From the NCBI RefSeq assembly GCF_009914755.1, contig NC_060945.1: DNA of 64,000 bases; one strand, 5' to 3'. The notes beneath the pieces are model-generated. The model was given only the letters and a program-made list of their open reading frames with translations. It ran no database searches and was not told the origin of the DNA. Each line of letters begins with the position of its first letter. Within the stretch, counting starts at the first letter, position 1. A program made the position numbers and the translations under genes. This stretch comes from the human T2T-CHM13v2.0 reference genome, Homo sapiens. Of this stretch, positions 50,272 through 63,285 are shown piece by piece.

Positions 50272-51380
50272 AATTCAACACTTATTTTTAGAACCTACTG
50301 TGTGCCAGGCACTTTAAAAAATGTTTTTAATACAAGGATGAGCAAAATTGGTGAAATCTCTGCCCCTGTGGAGTGTCCAGTCTAATGAAAAAAACAGCAA
50401 GTTAAGAAGCAAATGCATAATATAGTGTTAGGTTGTGATAAGGGCTATGTGGAAAAAATAAAGTGTGGTTGAATATAGAATGACACAATGTGTGTGTGTA
50501 GAGAGTATTGTTGGAGAGAAGGCTCAGAAGTGAAAGAAATGATGAAAGAACCACACCAATATCTGATGCAAGAGGGAATAGCCAATCAGAAGCCTTAAGG
50601 CTGCAAGAGCTGGGAGGTTTAATAAACAGCAAGAAAAATAGTGCCAAAGTGATATAGAGTGGCAGAGGGAAAAGTAGTAAGTAACAGATACAAAAGATAA
50701 GCAGGGCCTAGATTCCCTGTGGCCTGGGAGATAATGGTGAAGACTTATGGATTTGTTTCATGTGGTGAAAATCTGTTGTAGAATTTGAGCAGGAAATGAT
50801 GTGATCTGATCTACGTTTTTGAAAGAATCATTCTGGCTCCTGTTTGGAAAATAGCTGGGATTGGGTTGGAAAAAAAAAAAGTAATGGAAATAGAGGGAAC
50901 AATCAGAAATGACTGCTGTAATTTAGAAGAGAGATAACGGAAACATGGCCTCGGGTAGTATCTACAAAAAAGGTGAGAACTCGATTTAGGATGTGTTGTG
51001 AAGGTAAAGTTGACAGGCTTTGCCAATAGAATGGATTTGGAGTGTGTAAAACATAGGGAATCCAGGCTGATTTTTAAATTGAGGGCCAGAGCCACTGGAT
51101 AGTTAGAGATGATATTTCCACTAAGACTGGAAGTGAGGGGGAGCATCATATTTGGGGCAGGGAGGAATCAAAGTTTCTGTTTTGAGTGGTTTAATTCAGA
51201 ATGCTTCTCAGATATCCCAGAGGAGGTGTTAATTTGGCAGTCAAGTATCTGAATCTGGACACAGAGGGGAGGTCAAGGCTGGATGTGTTAGTTTAGAAAT
51301 AACCAGCATTTGGGTAAGATTAAAACCTATGATATAGGATAAAATTATCTAGAGAGAGCATTTACTCAGAGAACTCTCAA
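50272..51380 (-). mobile_element. L2 LINE, ~1.1 kb 3' portion
   Basis: attcaacacttatttttagaacctactgtgtgccaggcac...gaaagaatcattctggctcctg...gaaggtaaagttgacaggctttgc. Confidence 0.85.
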
Positions 51381-51759
51381 TATTCAGGAACACAAGCCTA
51401 TCCAGACTGGCTCAGGATAAATAAAGTTTTATGTAGAAGACAAATAGTTGCCCATGTAGAACCAAAGAAAAGGCGCAAATAAATACAAGCCCATCATCTC
51501 TCTTGGTTACATAGAATACATGAGGCAGTAAAGGATAAGGATTAAACTTTCAAGATGTGAATGTCTTGAATTCAGATGTCAAACAGAACTGAATTTGAAT
51601 CTGTTTCCCACCAGCCAAATGAGTGTTTGATGAAGATGACCATGATGATGATAATGACTTACATTTCTTAATGTTTCCCGTATGTATGTAGGACTTTTAA
51701 ACTTGTTCCAGTACAGGTAGGGAAAGAAAATTCACATTAGTTTATTCACACACATATAG

Positions 51760-51884
51760 AGAGAGTTGGGGTATCTGCGTGCTGCCCAGGCTGGGCATTT
51801 GAGCCCATTCCTGGGCTCAAATAATCCTCCTGCCTAGGTCTCCCAAAGTGCTGGGATTACAGGCATGATCCACTGTGCCCTGCC
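51760..51884 (-). mobile_element. FLAM / Alu left monomer
   Basis: cctgggctcaaataatcctcctgcct...ctcccaaagtgctgggattacaggcatg. Confidence 0.8.
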
Positions 51885-52094
51885 CTAAATATATTTTATA
51901 TATAGCAGGTAATAAAACAAGAACATGAGGATTACAATTTTTAATCACAGAGGGAAAGATTTTGTGAGAATAACATAATTTCATATTCAAACAGCAAGTC
52001 TTTAGCTAATTCTTTGATTAAAGTATTGACAAAACCATTTTGAAAAATGTTTCTGAGGCACTTTTACCTGTGAAGTTTTGAAAGATCTACACTT

Positions 52095-52679
52095 TTTTTT
52101 TTTTTAATGTTTTTTTTTTTTATTATACTCTTAAGTTTTAGGGAACATGTGCACATTGTGCAGGTTAGTTACATATGTATACATGTGCCATGCTGGTGCG
52201 CTGCACCCACTAACATGTCATCTAGCATTAGGTATATCTCCCAATGCTATCCCTCCCCCCTCCCCCGACCCCACCACAGTCCCCAGAGTGTGATATTCCC
52301 CTTCCTGTGTCCATGTGATCTCATTGTTCAATTCCCACCTATGAGTGAGAATATGCGGTGTTTGGTTTTTTGTTCTTGCGATAGTTTACTGAGAATGATG
52401 GTTTCCAATTTCATCCATGTCCCTACAAAGGACATGAACTCATCATCATTTTTTATGGCTGCATAGTATTCCATGGTGTATATGTGCCACATTTTCTTAA
52501 TCCAGTCTATCATTGTTGGACATTTGGGTTGGTTCCAAGTCTTTGCTATTGTGAATAGTGCCACAATAAACATACGTGTGCATGTGTCTTTATAGCAGCA
52601 TGATTTATAGTCCTTTGGGTATATACCCAGTAATGGGATGGCTGGGTCAAATGGTATTTCTAGTTCTAGATCCCTGAGG

Positions 52680-52680
<1 letters not shown>
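52095..52680 (-). mobile_element. Young L1 3' end (L1HS pre-Ta-like), inverted part of a composite insertion
   Basis: Near-consensus L1HS 3' UTR and ORF2 C-terminus; diagnostic site reads ATGAC-ATG-TTAGTGGG (ACG with CpG decay) and ...AAGAGTATAATAA. Confidence 0.9.
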
Positions 52681-52712
<32 letters not shown>

Positions 52713-53398
52713 TAGGCACAGAAGTGAATTTGCCTTGTAAACTTGACTTCTGAGCTGCATAAATATTTTACGTAATTACAAAACAAAAAATAAAAAAGCA
52801 ATTTTTACAAATCTTGTGTGTTCAGTTAGGAGCACACCTTCACAGAGAGGAACTCTTCCCAATGGCTTTAAGGCACAATTGTTGTTGTTTTTAAAAATAT
52901 CTTAAATAAATTTTTATTTTTATAGATTTAGAGGGTACAAGTGCAGGATTGTTACATGGATAAATTGTGTGGTAGTGAAATCTGGGGCTTTTAGAAGACA
53001 CAGTAATTTGACTCTCCATCCCTAGTGCACAAAAAAGAATTAAACAATTTCCAGTATTCAGGATCCAAATGAAGTTCATACAGTGATTGTTTGAAATAAC
53101 TTTTAAGTCTCTTATAATCCATATTTCCACATTTCTTTCTTTCTTTTTTTAATTTATACATTTTTCTGCTTATTGAAGAAAACTAGTTATCCTGTAGTTT
53201 TTCCTACAGTCTGAATTTTGCTGTTGCATCACCATAATATAGAAATAAAAATGATGTATGATATTTATGAGCTAATTGGAAATGTGAACATAGACTGGTT
53301 ATTTAATGATATTAAGAAATTATTGTTTATTTTGTCAGGTGAGACTATACTGTGGTCTTATTAAAATGAGATATATACTGAAGAAAAAAAAAAAAAAA
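52681..53398 (+). other. 3'-transduced segment: poly(A), ~675 bp non-L1HS DNA, ATTAAA, poly(A)
   Basis: Lies inside TSD gaaagatctacactt (52080-52094 and 53399-53413); ATTAAA at 53360, A15 at 53384-53398. Confidence 0.85.
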
Positions 53399-54010
53399 GA
53401 AAGATCTACACTTGGTAAATTTAGCATCTTTTAATTTTTCTTCCCCTACAGTAATTACAAAATTCTGGAGGGGGAAAAATGTAATATTCTCCAGGAGTGA
53501 GAATGGAAGACAATACTTTGAGCTATACTAGACATAATCATTTTTGTACATGCACTTTCAGAAGAGGTCCCATGCTGTGGACTGAACTTGAAACGAAATA
53601 CAGTAATTGTCTCTGGCATTAAATACCCATAGGCATATTTTTACAAGAACATACATTAGTATATGCCTGCTAGATACATAACAATGTGTGAGTATATTTT
53701 AAGAGAATCTTAATGTGACTAACAAATAGCAATCAAATTGTTCACAATTTCAGGCTCAAAATTGAAAAGAAGAGGAATTTTTTTTACTAAAAAATTATAT
53801 ACACAGAAAGAGTGATTCAAAGTTGAGCATTAATGCAAATTAGGATGAAATACGAGAAGTAATCCTTGCCAACCATCTGCCTAGCTTCTCCCCACTTCTA
53901 CCCTTCCCTAGCAGGGGTGAGCTATTTTACCTCCTGGGGAGATGGGAAATGACAGAGAGTGAGAGGCTAATCAGAAGTTTCAAGCACCCCCTTCTCTAAA
54001 AGCAGGAGGC

Positions 54011-54922
54011 TGTTGGTGAGTACTGGAATTTTGTTTTTCTAATTTGGTCTTGAGGTTTCTCTCTGGAAAATGGCTGTGAATTCTAACCCTGCACTGAAAG
54101 GGCTCCAGTATTTGGGTCATGGATGTCTACAGTGACTTCTTTATCCTAGTGGATGGCCTAATGCCTAAGTGTTGCCTAGTGCCTAAGCGTCCAACCCATG
54201 ACCAGGTGTCCCACTCACAGGAAACATGCTTATACCAGCAGGCACCCTCGTGGCTCTTGTCTGACCTATGTCCAGTTTATTTCTACCAAGATATCCATTG
54301 TCTAGGAGAGCTTTCCCTTGGAAAGAAACTAGGTTCAGGTGTGTCAGTCAGGTGAGATGCAGAGGAGGCGATGCAACAAAAACCACACAATAATAGGAGG
54401 AGTTTATTACTTACAGATTAGAGAAAAGGGCAGCACTCCTTGCAGAGCTGATGGGAAAGCAGAGCCATTCCAGATATACATGCTCTACCAGAACCACAAA
54501 GTGCAGAGCAAAAGAGAGAGTGAGGGACCTGTGTGCTAAAGCTTTTATTGGAGTCCAGGGTATTATTAGGTGGGTTTCCATGGGAGTTCTAATTTGCGAG
54601 TTTAAAGCAAGCTGTTCCAAGTCCTATGTGGCCACGCTGTTACTGAGAGGTTGTCGCTGCAGCATATCTGTACAGTCTATGGGGGATGGAGGAGTCAGTG
54701 GGGTAAGCCAATAGGTGGTACCTAACTGTCCCTTAGGAAAGGTGGTCAACAGCAGACAATTGTATAAGGGAGATATCTGGATTGACCATATTAAGGAACT
54801 GGGATGAAATAGAGAACTGGAAATTGTGCCAAGGGTGACTAAACCATGTTTCTTGTATGAGAAAGTCCAACTTATATTCAAAATGAATGCCAAGGCAATA
54901 TAAAATTACAGGAATTCACTAC
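54011..54922 (-). mobile_element. ERVL-class LTR (MER54-like)
   Basis: tgttggtgag...ctaatttggtcttgagg...ggatggcctaatgcctaagtg...catgaccaggtgtccc; reverse AATAAA at ~54403; family from recall. Confidence 0.6.
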
Positions 54923-57900
54923 CATGCACCCCCATGCTCCTGAATTTTCAAGTCCAGACTCCCTATATGTAGCTGATAATATGGGTGCCAAGTAATCTGG
55001 AAATTCCTGGAATTTCTGCTGCTAATTGGAAATCCCAGCCCATTTCTTTCAAGGTAATCTGTCTTTGGGTCCAAAGTCAGCATTTTATGACACTTAGGTG
55101 CTCTCATCAAAGGTGTGTGTATGAAATGGCTTAAGGAAAAAATAGACACAGAACAGCTTGCCTTTGCCCTGTAGAGCTCTCAGGTAGGTTCAACCCATCC
55201 TGGGAATTGGAGTGATTTCAGATACTCTGAATGCCTTTGGTTCCCAAACTGCCATGGGCTTGCTGGTGGAACAAAAACAGACCTTGATACCCTTACTATG
55301 AATTATATATATGATTGGCTAACTGAAAGCAAAACCATAATGGAACATGACTGCAGACACGTATATATTCTCCAGGGGTTCCATGTTTTGTTGGGGAAAA
55401 CATATCTCACCAGGTGAATGGCCTCAATGGCTGAAGGCAGCATGAACCCTAAACTCTTAGATACTTGGATAATTCATTGGGAACAACAACAGACAGAGTT
55501 GAAGCTAGTCTTTAAGAATATTCCCTACAAGCCAGCACAGGCAAAAATCTTTCAGGTATAAAATTCTCTTCTTTCTTACTGTAGTGTATCTTTGGCAACA
55601 TGGGTATACAGACTATGGAAAGCTTAAGAATGTAAGTTACATTTTAGTAGCTCTGTTGGTGGAATATATATGTGTCCAAAGAGCTTTCTTAATTGGATGT
55701 GGGCTTACCCTGTTCTACTTTAGTCCAGATTCCTTGTTATTAAGCTTTTTATTGCTGCAGCATATTCTCTAAATATAATTTACTCCTGATAATAATTAAT
55801 CAACATTACAGAAGAAAGCTATAAATATAAGGTGATAATATAAAATATATATTTATATGTCATATATTACATAGTAAATAAAATACATGTTAAATCAAAA
55901 TAAAATAGTATTATAGGCTAAAATATATATGTACACATAAACATTTAGTGTAAATGTGCATATAAAAGGAGAAAAAAGGAAATACATTAAGATGATAATA
56001 CTGTAGGTAGGTAGGGAGATTTTGGTAGTTTACTTTTTCACATATTCCAAAATATTTAATTACTATTTTATAACTTACATAAATTGTAGAATAACTTCTC
56101 TTGTTTAGTAACAGCATAGAGAGGGGTAAAACTGGCAGAAATGGATATGTTTGATCAATGTTGATCCTTCAAACTACAGTGATCCACTTCTGAGAACAGG
56201 GACTCATATTTAATGAGGGAGTAAGCCAGGTTCTTACAGAGCGTGAGATTCAGCTTCTCCTGTCATGAGATGGGGTCAGGCTCTGGGCCAGGAGAGCAAT
56301 GGCCAGCTTTGGAAGCTATATCTCAGGTCACATTCAAAAGCACACATTTCCAACTCTTTTCCCAACGCTGCTTTTGTCACATTAGAATGAAATTTGCCCT
56401 CTGTGTTGAAATATTCTATAAAAAACACAATCTTGCTTAAGTTAAAATTTAAAGTTAGCTTGTCTGACAGCTGGGATGTAAAGAGACAGTGAAAGGATTC
56501 TGACTTTTGGCATTGTCAGCAGTTTCCCTTGAGAGTGGAGCCCTGTCTTTCTGCAACCTGCAGCTCTCGCTTTCCTGCTGTGACTGAGCCAGTGGGATCG
56601 TCGGCCAGGAGAGGGCGCCTCACTCAGTGAGACATAAATCCAACGCACCCTATGAGGGCACTAGGAAGGTGAAACGCAATCCTCACCTACACTTGCTCTG
56701 CTCTCTGCCGTTTCAGCATTCCACCTTAGGGCGTCAGGCTTAACTTTGCAGGTGTTAAATCTCCGTGTGTCCATGAAACACTTCAAGTACTATTTCAGCA
56801 GCTTGGAGAAATGCCAAACACAAGTCAGGAAGTTATCTCCGTCAGAGGCTTGCCGCCTCACCCCTGCATGGCTCTCAGAGAAAGCTTCCTTTCTGTAAGA
56901 CACATTCCAATCATCACACTGTGGCTAAAAGGCTAAATATAGGAGAGACATTTGCCAAGATATAGCAAAGCCGATGTTGGTTTGCCTAGGCAATTTGATA
57001 AATGATGATTGTGTGCAGGTGGTGCCTAAATAGACCATAGACTACATATTAAGATAACTTATGAGGTCTGCTGGAGAGAATGGGAAAGTGGGTGTGTGTG
57101 GATGTTTGGCACAGCCTGGGGCTATGGCTATAAGAACCTGAGTCTAGGATTTGCCATAGAATATTCTGTGAGCAAAAAAGACACCTACTTCTCAGTTATA
57201 ATCCTCATAAGAATTTTTATAATATTTTTTAAGCTGTGCAATCCACAGCTGTGTAACTGAGAAAAATCACTTAACCTGTCTGAACCTAGGTTTCCTCAAA
57301 TATATTCAGTCTGCACTCCCAGGACCTCACTTTAAGAGAAACCTGAATCTCTTGAGCACGAGCATGTGGATGGGTGTTATTCCCTTCCTGCACACCTTCT
57401 GTGCTTCAAAGAGAGAACTTATGTAACCTTTTTCCTCATGTATCCCTGCTTTGAAACCTGTAAATTTCTATCTTTCTCTGCCCCTTTCTGACTTCTTTTA
57501 TTATTATTTTCAACCTCATCGATTTCTTCAAATTACTTTCCATCCACTAAATATTTCTAATGAGCCCTGTACATTTTTCTGTACCACTGTGGAAAAAAAG
57601 TAAAATAATTTCTGTCTTAACAAAGGATTGCCGCACCCATCTGGCATTAAAAGGAAGAAGAAAAAGCGGGACACATTAAAAACAATAAGCATTGATTTCT
57701 CTGGCTGTACCTACAGACCTGTTACTGTGAGGCCTTTAATCCATCTTCACCGCCGCTTTCTTCCCTTGCTTTGTCTTTTAAAGTTTCAGGGGACTGTCAC
57801 AAACAGGGTCTTACTCAGGGCCTCCTGCTGCTGCTCTGTGGCCTTGTTGAGCCCGTGGGGCTGGTTCCTGTGGCTCCTCCTGGCCAGTTGTCCACCGCAG

Positions 57901-58149
57901 GTGCCATGGATCCAAGAATTACCTCTGCTGGGCACCTCCCTCCCACACAATGGCACCCTGCTTCCAGGACATGCTGAGTCCTATCTCAAGGCATTCTTGG
58001 TCTTCCCTCAATGTTGCAGAGTAATATTATTTTATCTAGAACATTCCTGTGTTGAAGCTCAGTAAATGTCAGCACAAGTAGGCAAAAGTGTATTGCTTTG
58101 GGTGGTAAACTTTCTCCATGCTCTCCCCGGACCCCTTCTTATCCACTTT

Positions 58150-58540
58150 ACCAGCCATGTGAATGCATCCTATAGCTTCTCTGTGCTTTGTTCCAAATGG
58201 CCTGCCCCTGTGACCTTCTTCAGAGGCTGACCATGGGCCAGTCCCTCCCTCCCAGAGAGAGCCTGGAATGCCTGGTAGTGTAGTTCTAGGGAAGCCTATA
58301 GCCAATGACTGTGCAAGATTCTGAAAGCCTGACTCCCTTTCCTCAAAATGGGGCAAATTCTGACATAATTTATGGTCTAGAGCTCCCCAAAGATCTGGCT
58401 AAGGCCAGGGAGTTGGCTAAAATTGTGCCTTTCTCTGTTCTTCATTTCCTTTTCTCTTGTGTTCTTCTCCTGGCCCTTAATAAATACCCTGTTCATGATC
58501 TGTGTCTCAGAGTTGGCTTCTGGAGGTCCAGCCTTAGGTA
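58150..58540 (+). mobile_element. ERVL LTR (LTR16-like)
   Basis: gagagcctggaatgcctgg...tagccaatgactg...cttaataaatacc...tgtctcagagttggcttctggagg. Confidence 0.65.
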
Positions 58541-58721
58541 TTTGGTTAGGAGTGCAAGGATGATTTTTGGAGGCAGATTCTGAGGATGGGATTCTAGAGT
58601 TAAGTCACCAGCTAAGTGGCAATAAATACCCCATCACAGGGGGTATGTGGAGCCCAGAGGGGCCCTGACACACTAGAGCATTGCAGTTGCTAAAACTTTT
58701 ACCTGGAGCGAATTAAGATGA

Positions 58722-59134
58722 TGTCATGGGTTGAATTATGTAACCTCAAAAGATGTTGAATTTCACCCCCAGTACCTGGGAATGTGATATTACTGGGAAA
58801 TAAGATATTTGCAGATAATCCAACTAGAATGAGATCATTAGGGTGGGCCCTAATTCAATATCACTGTTGACCTCACAAAAAAAGTGAAATTTGAACATGG
58901 AGACATACATGCTTAGAGGAAAGATGGTGTGAAGACACAGGGCATCCACAAGAACAATTTGAGGCCAACAGGGAGGTCATGGAACAGATTCTTCCCTACG
59001 GTTCTCAGAACCAACCTTGCCGACACCTTGATTTTGGACTTCTAGTCTCCAGAACTGTGAGATAATAAATTCCTCATGTTCTATGCCACCCAATTTATTG
59101 TATTTTGTTATAGAAGCCCTAGGAAACTAATACA
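58722..59134 (+). mobile_element. MLT1B-like MaLR solo LTR
   Basis: tgtcatgggttgaatt...gggtgggccctaattcaa...ccagaactgtgagataataaat...ctaggaaactaataca. Confidence 0.85.
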
Positions 59135-59384
59135 GAAGGGATTCTGACAGAACAGGTATGCTAGATTGTGCAATTTTCTTTGGCTTTTGATGGTACAAGG
59201 TAAATGGTCATTACAAAGGCTGTGGATGGGTTCCATGATAAATAGACTCCAGTTGGTCAGCATAAGGCAAAGTGAGAAAGTCAAAAAGTCCCTTGGCAGC
59301 TCTTAAACAAACCCCCTTTTTCTATAGCCAAGGGAGACCATGCTGAAGACCAGGCCAGGACCAACTATAAGAACAGTGGACCTT

Positions 59385-59680
<296 letters not shown>

Positions 59681-60460
59681 AACAGTGGACCTTCAGGGAC
59701 ACCCAGTTTACATCCTCAGCAATCCCATGCAACAGCCAGGAACTTGGTAAGGAAGAAATGGCTTCTTAAGACTTGGAATCAGAAAATGTGAATAGATGTC
59801 ATTGATAAATGTGAAACTGCAGCTGTCCCTGAATCCTCTGGGCCTGCAGAATGGGCCCACATCTTCTTTCTAGAGGGCAGAGCTCTCTTGCTTGAAGATT
59901 GGAAGCAAGTGTACAAATGTAAGCAGAGAAGCCTAACAAGAGATTAATTTTATGGCTTATATCTTTATTAGAACTTAAATCCAATATGTTTATTAGACCT
60001 TACAGTTCTGTCTGAGAGAAAAGAGGGATATGTTAAAGTCCTCACTCCACAAGATTTGTAACCATAGGCATAAAACCTTTAAAGGATATACTTTATGGCA
60101 GTGCATTCCAAATTTACACGTAAAACAGATTTCTGCTATTGCATTTCAAATTCAGACATAAAACAGATTTCCAACTTCTTTCACCTGTTGGGCTGGTCCC
60201 ATGTCATATACTCAATGTGCAGTACTCACTTCTTTGAGCCTCAGTAACATGTGAGTAGAAATGGGATCATTGTAATAAATCTACTTGCATCAACATATGT
60301 TCCTTGTCTCATAACAGCCATTTATCCCCAACCTTAATTAAATATTTCTGAGGGGTAACTAAAGAATACTGGATTGCTGTTGGTTTCAGATGAAATCTGT
60401 GCAGAGTCTGTGCCATGAAGGGCTCTGCCTATATTTTGGTTACAAAAGTTATCTTATTTT

Positions 60461-60600
60461 GGCAGGGTGCAATGGCTCATACTTATAATCCCAGCACTTT
60501 GGGAGGCAGAGGTAGGAGAACTGCTTGAGCCCAAGAGTTTGAGACCAGCCTAGGAAACATAGAGAGATCCCATTTCTACAAAAAAAAATTAATTAAAAAA
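60461..60600 (+). mobile_element. FLAM_C / Alu left monomer
   Basis: Single arm with gcttgagcccaagagtttgagacc and A-rich end. Confidence 0.85.
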
Positions 60601-60639
60601 ATTTTATAAATTTGTAAAGCTCTTTGTGCATATATTGCC

Positions 60640-61330
<691 letters not shown>

Positions 61331-61336
61331 TGCTAT

Positions 61337-61682
61337 TACTGTGAATGAATATCTGTGTCCCCCCAAAATTCATATATTGAAGCCTAACCCCCAAGTTGAT
61401 GATATTTGGAGTTGGGGCCTTGGGGAGGTGATTAGGTCATGAGTGTGGAGCCCTCATAGGTGTGATTCCTGCCCTTATAAGAAAAGATGATCTCTCTCTC
61501 CGCCATCTAAGGATACAAGAAGACAGCATCTGCAAACCAGGAAGGGGGTCTTCACCAGTCACAGTCTGCTGACACCCTGACCCTGGACTATCCTAGGCTC
61601 CAGAACTCCAGAAATCAATCTCTGTTGTTTAAATCGCTCAGTCTATGATATCTTGTTATAGCAGCCCAAACTGACTAACACA
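61337..61682 (+). mobile_element. MLT1A-like MaLR solo LTR
   Basis: tgtgtccccccaaaattcatatattgaagcctaaccccc...gttatagcagcccaaactgactaacaca. Confidence 0.85.
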
Positions 61683-62048
61683 ATTATACATGTCAAAATC
61701 CTTTCTAATCTGTGGATCTGGGCTTTGCAACTTTGCATGTCTCACAGCCAGCAGAGGATTCTATTATTAATGGTAATCCATGTCAAATTTAATACTATAA
61801 GAATTTTTCATAAAATCAATTTGTTTTTAACCTTTTGGCTATCAAACTAGTTGTAATTTGAAATCCAAGACAATTAAATCTTTGTAAAATGTGGGTCTTT
61901 TTGTAAGATGACTTTAACCACAGAGAAAATGTAAAATTTTAGGAAGGGTAAGACATGTAGTTAGCACTGAGATTACTATGTGAGGCCTAATGTTATCTAT
62001 GTGTAAGGCAATCATCAGTGTTACATTTCATTAGAAAGATGGCTTTTA

Positions 62049-62326
<278 letters not shown>

Positions 62327-62712
62327 CTAGCCAGCTTCACAATGGAGGCAGTTCCATAATTTGTTGGGATTTTGGAATGGCAGTGAGCTACATATCTTTT
62401 CTTTCATGTTCTAACATATAGAAAACAAACTAAGTCTTTGTATATTAGCTAACTCAGCAGAACAGTCTGTGGGAGATTATATTGATCTTGAATACACAGT
62501 GCACATGTATTGGATATTGATGCATAATTTGGGTCTAATTTCTTCTCGTATCTAAATACTCGTAAACATTTAGAATGGTTTAAATGTACAGGCTCAGAAT
62601 GACTTTAATAGGACCTTTAAAATTTATATTTATATATTTAAATAACTGCTGATGGCACTGTTGTTTATAATATTAGGTTTCTTGCTGACCTCTCAGAATT
62701 TTCCTTAGAGCC

Positions 62713-63249
62713 TGAGACAGGCCGACTGGTTGGTTCCCTATCTTAAGATTGTCTGAAGGAAAAGGATAAAAGCCCCTCAACTCAAACTCTAGCTTGTCTA
62801 ACTCTCAGCCAATCAGCAATAAAAGACCAAGGAAGCTATTAATTGCAAATTTCTATTTCAGGGGGCTAGAGGCTTTCCCAGAGTCCCATATGTGGAGTCA
62901 GACTTAAACTCCAACCTAAAGTTATCTTTTCCTCATTTCAACACTAAAGTTCATGCCCAGGGGTGGAGATTTAAAATTCTAATGCTACATGCAATGTATG
63001 AAGAAACATGTTGAGCCATTGTGCAGGTGCTAGCAAAACTCTCCCTATACATTCCCTGAGGGAATCCTTCCCTATGGAAAGACCCTATACCTAACCGAAC
63101 CACACAGTATCTTTGGGGAACAGCCCACTCCTTTTTGCTCTCTCATGGCTGGCTCCCTGAGAGGTAATAAACTCTCTTCATTGCTGCCTCTGGTGATCTC
63201 TCTTGATTTCTATCCTGAGAAATCACAAGATCTCAGGGCACTGGTAAGA
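62713..63249 (+). mobile_element. ERV1-class solo LTR (family unresolved)
   Basis: tgagacagg start, agccaatcag box, gtaataaactctc poly(A) signal, U5-like ttctatcctgagaaatcacaaga. Confidence 0.6.
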
Positions 63250-63285
63250 AGCTTGTCACAGATTCTTTGAATTTCCTCAATGGTT

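Noticed and set aside
52328-52801. 157 aa minus-strand ORF as a novel fusion gene
   Set aside because: It is the L1 ORF2 C-terminus read through the poly(A) junction (poly-Phe); an artefact of the inversion, with no ATG start or promoter evidence.
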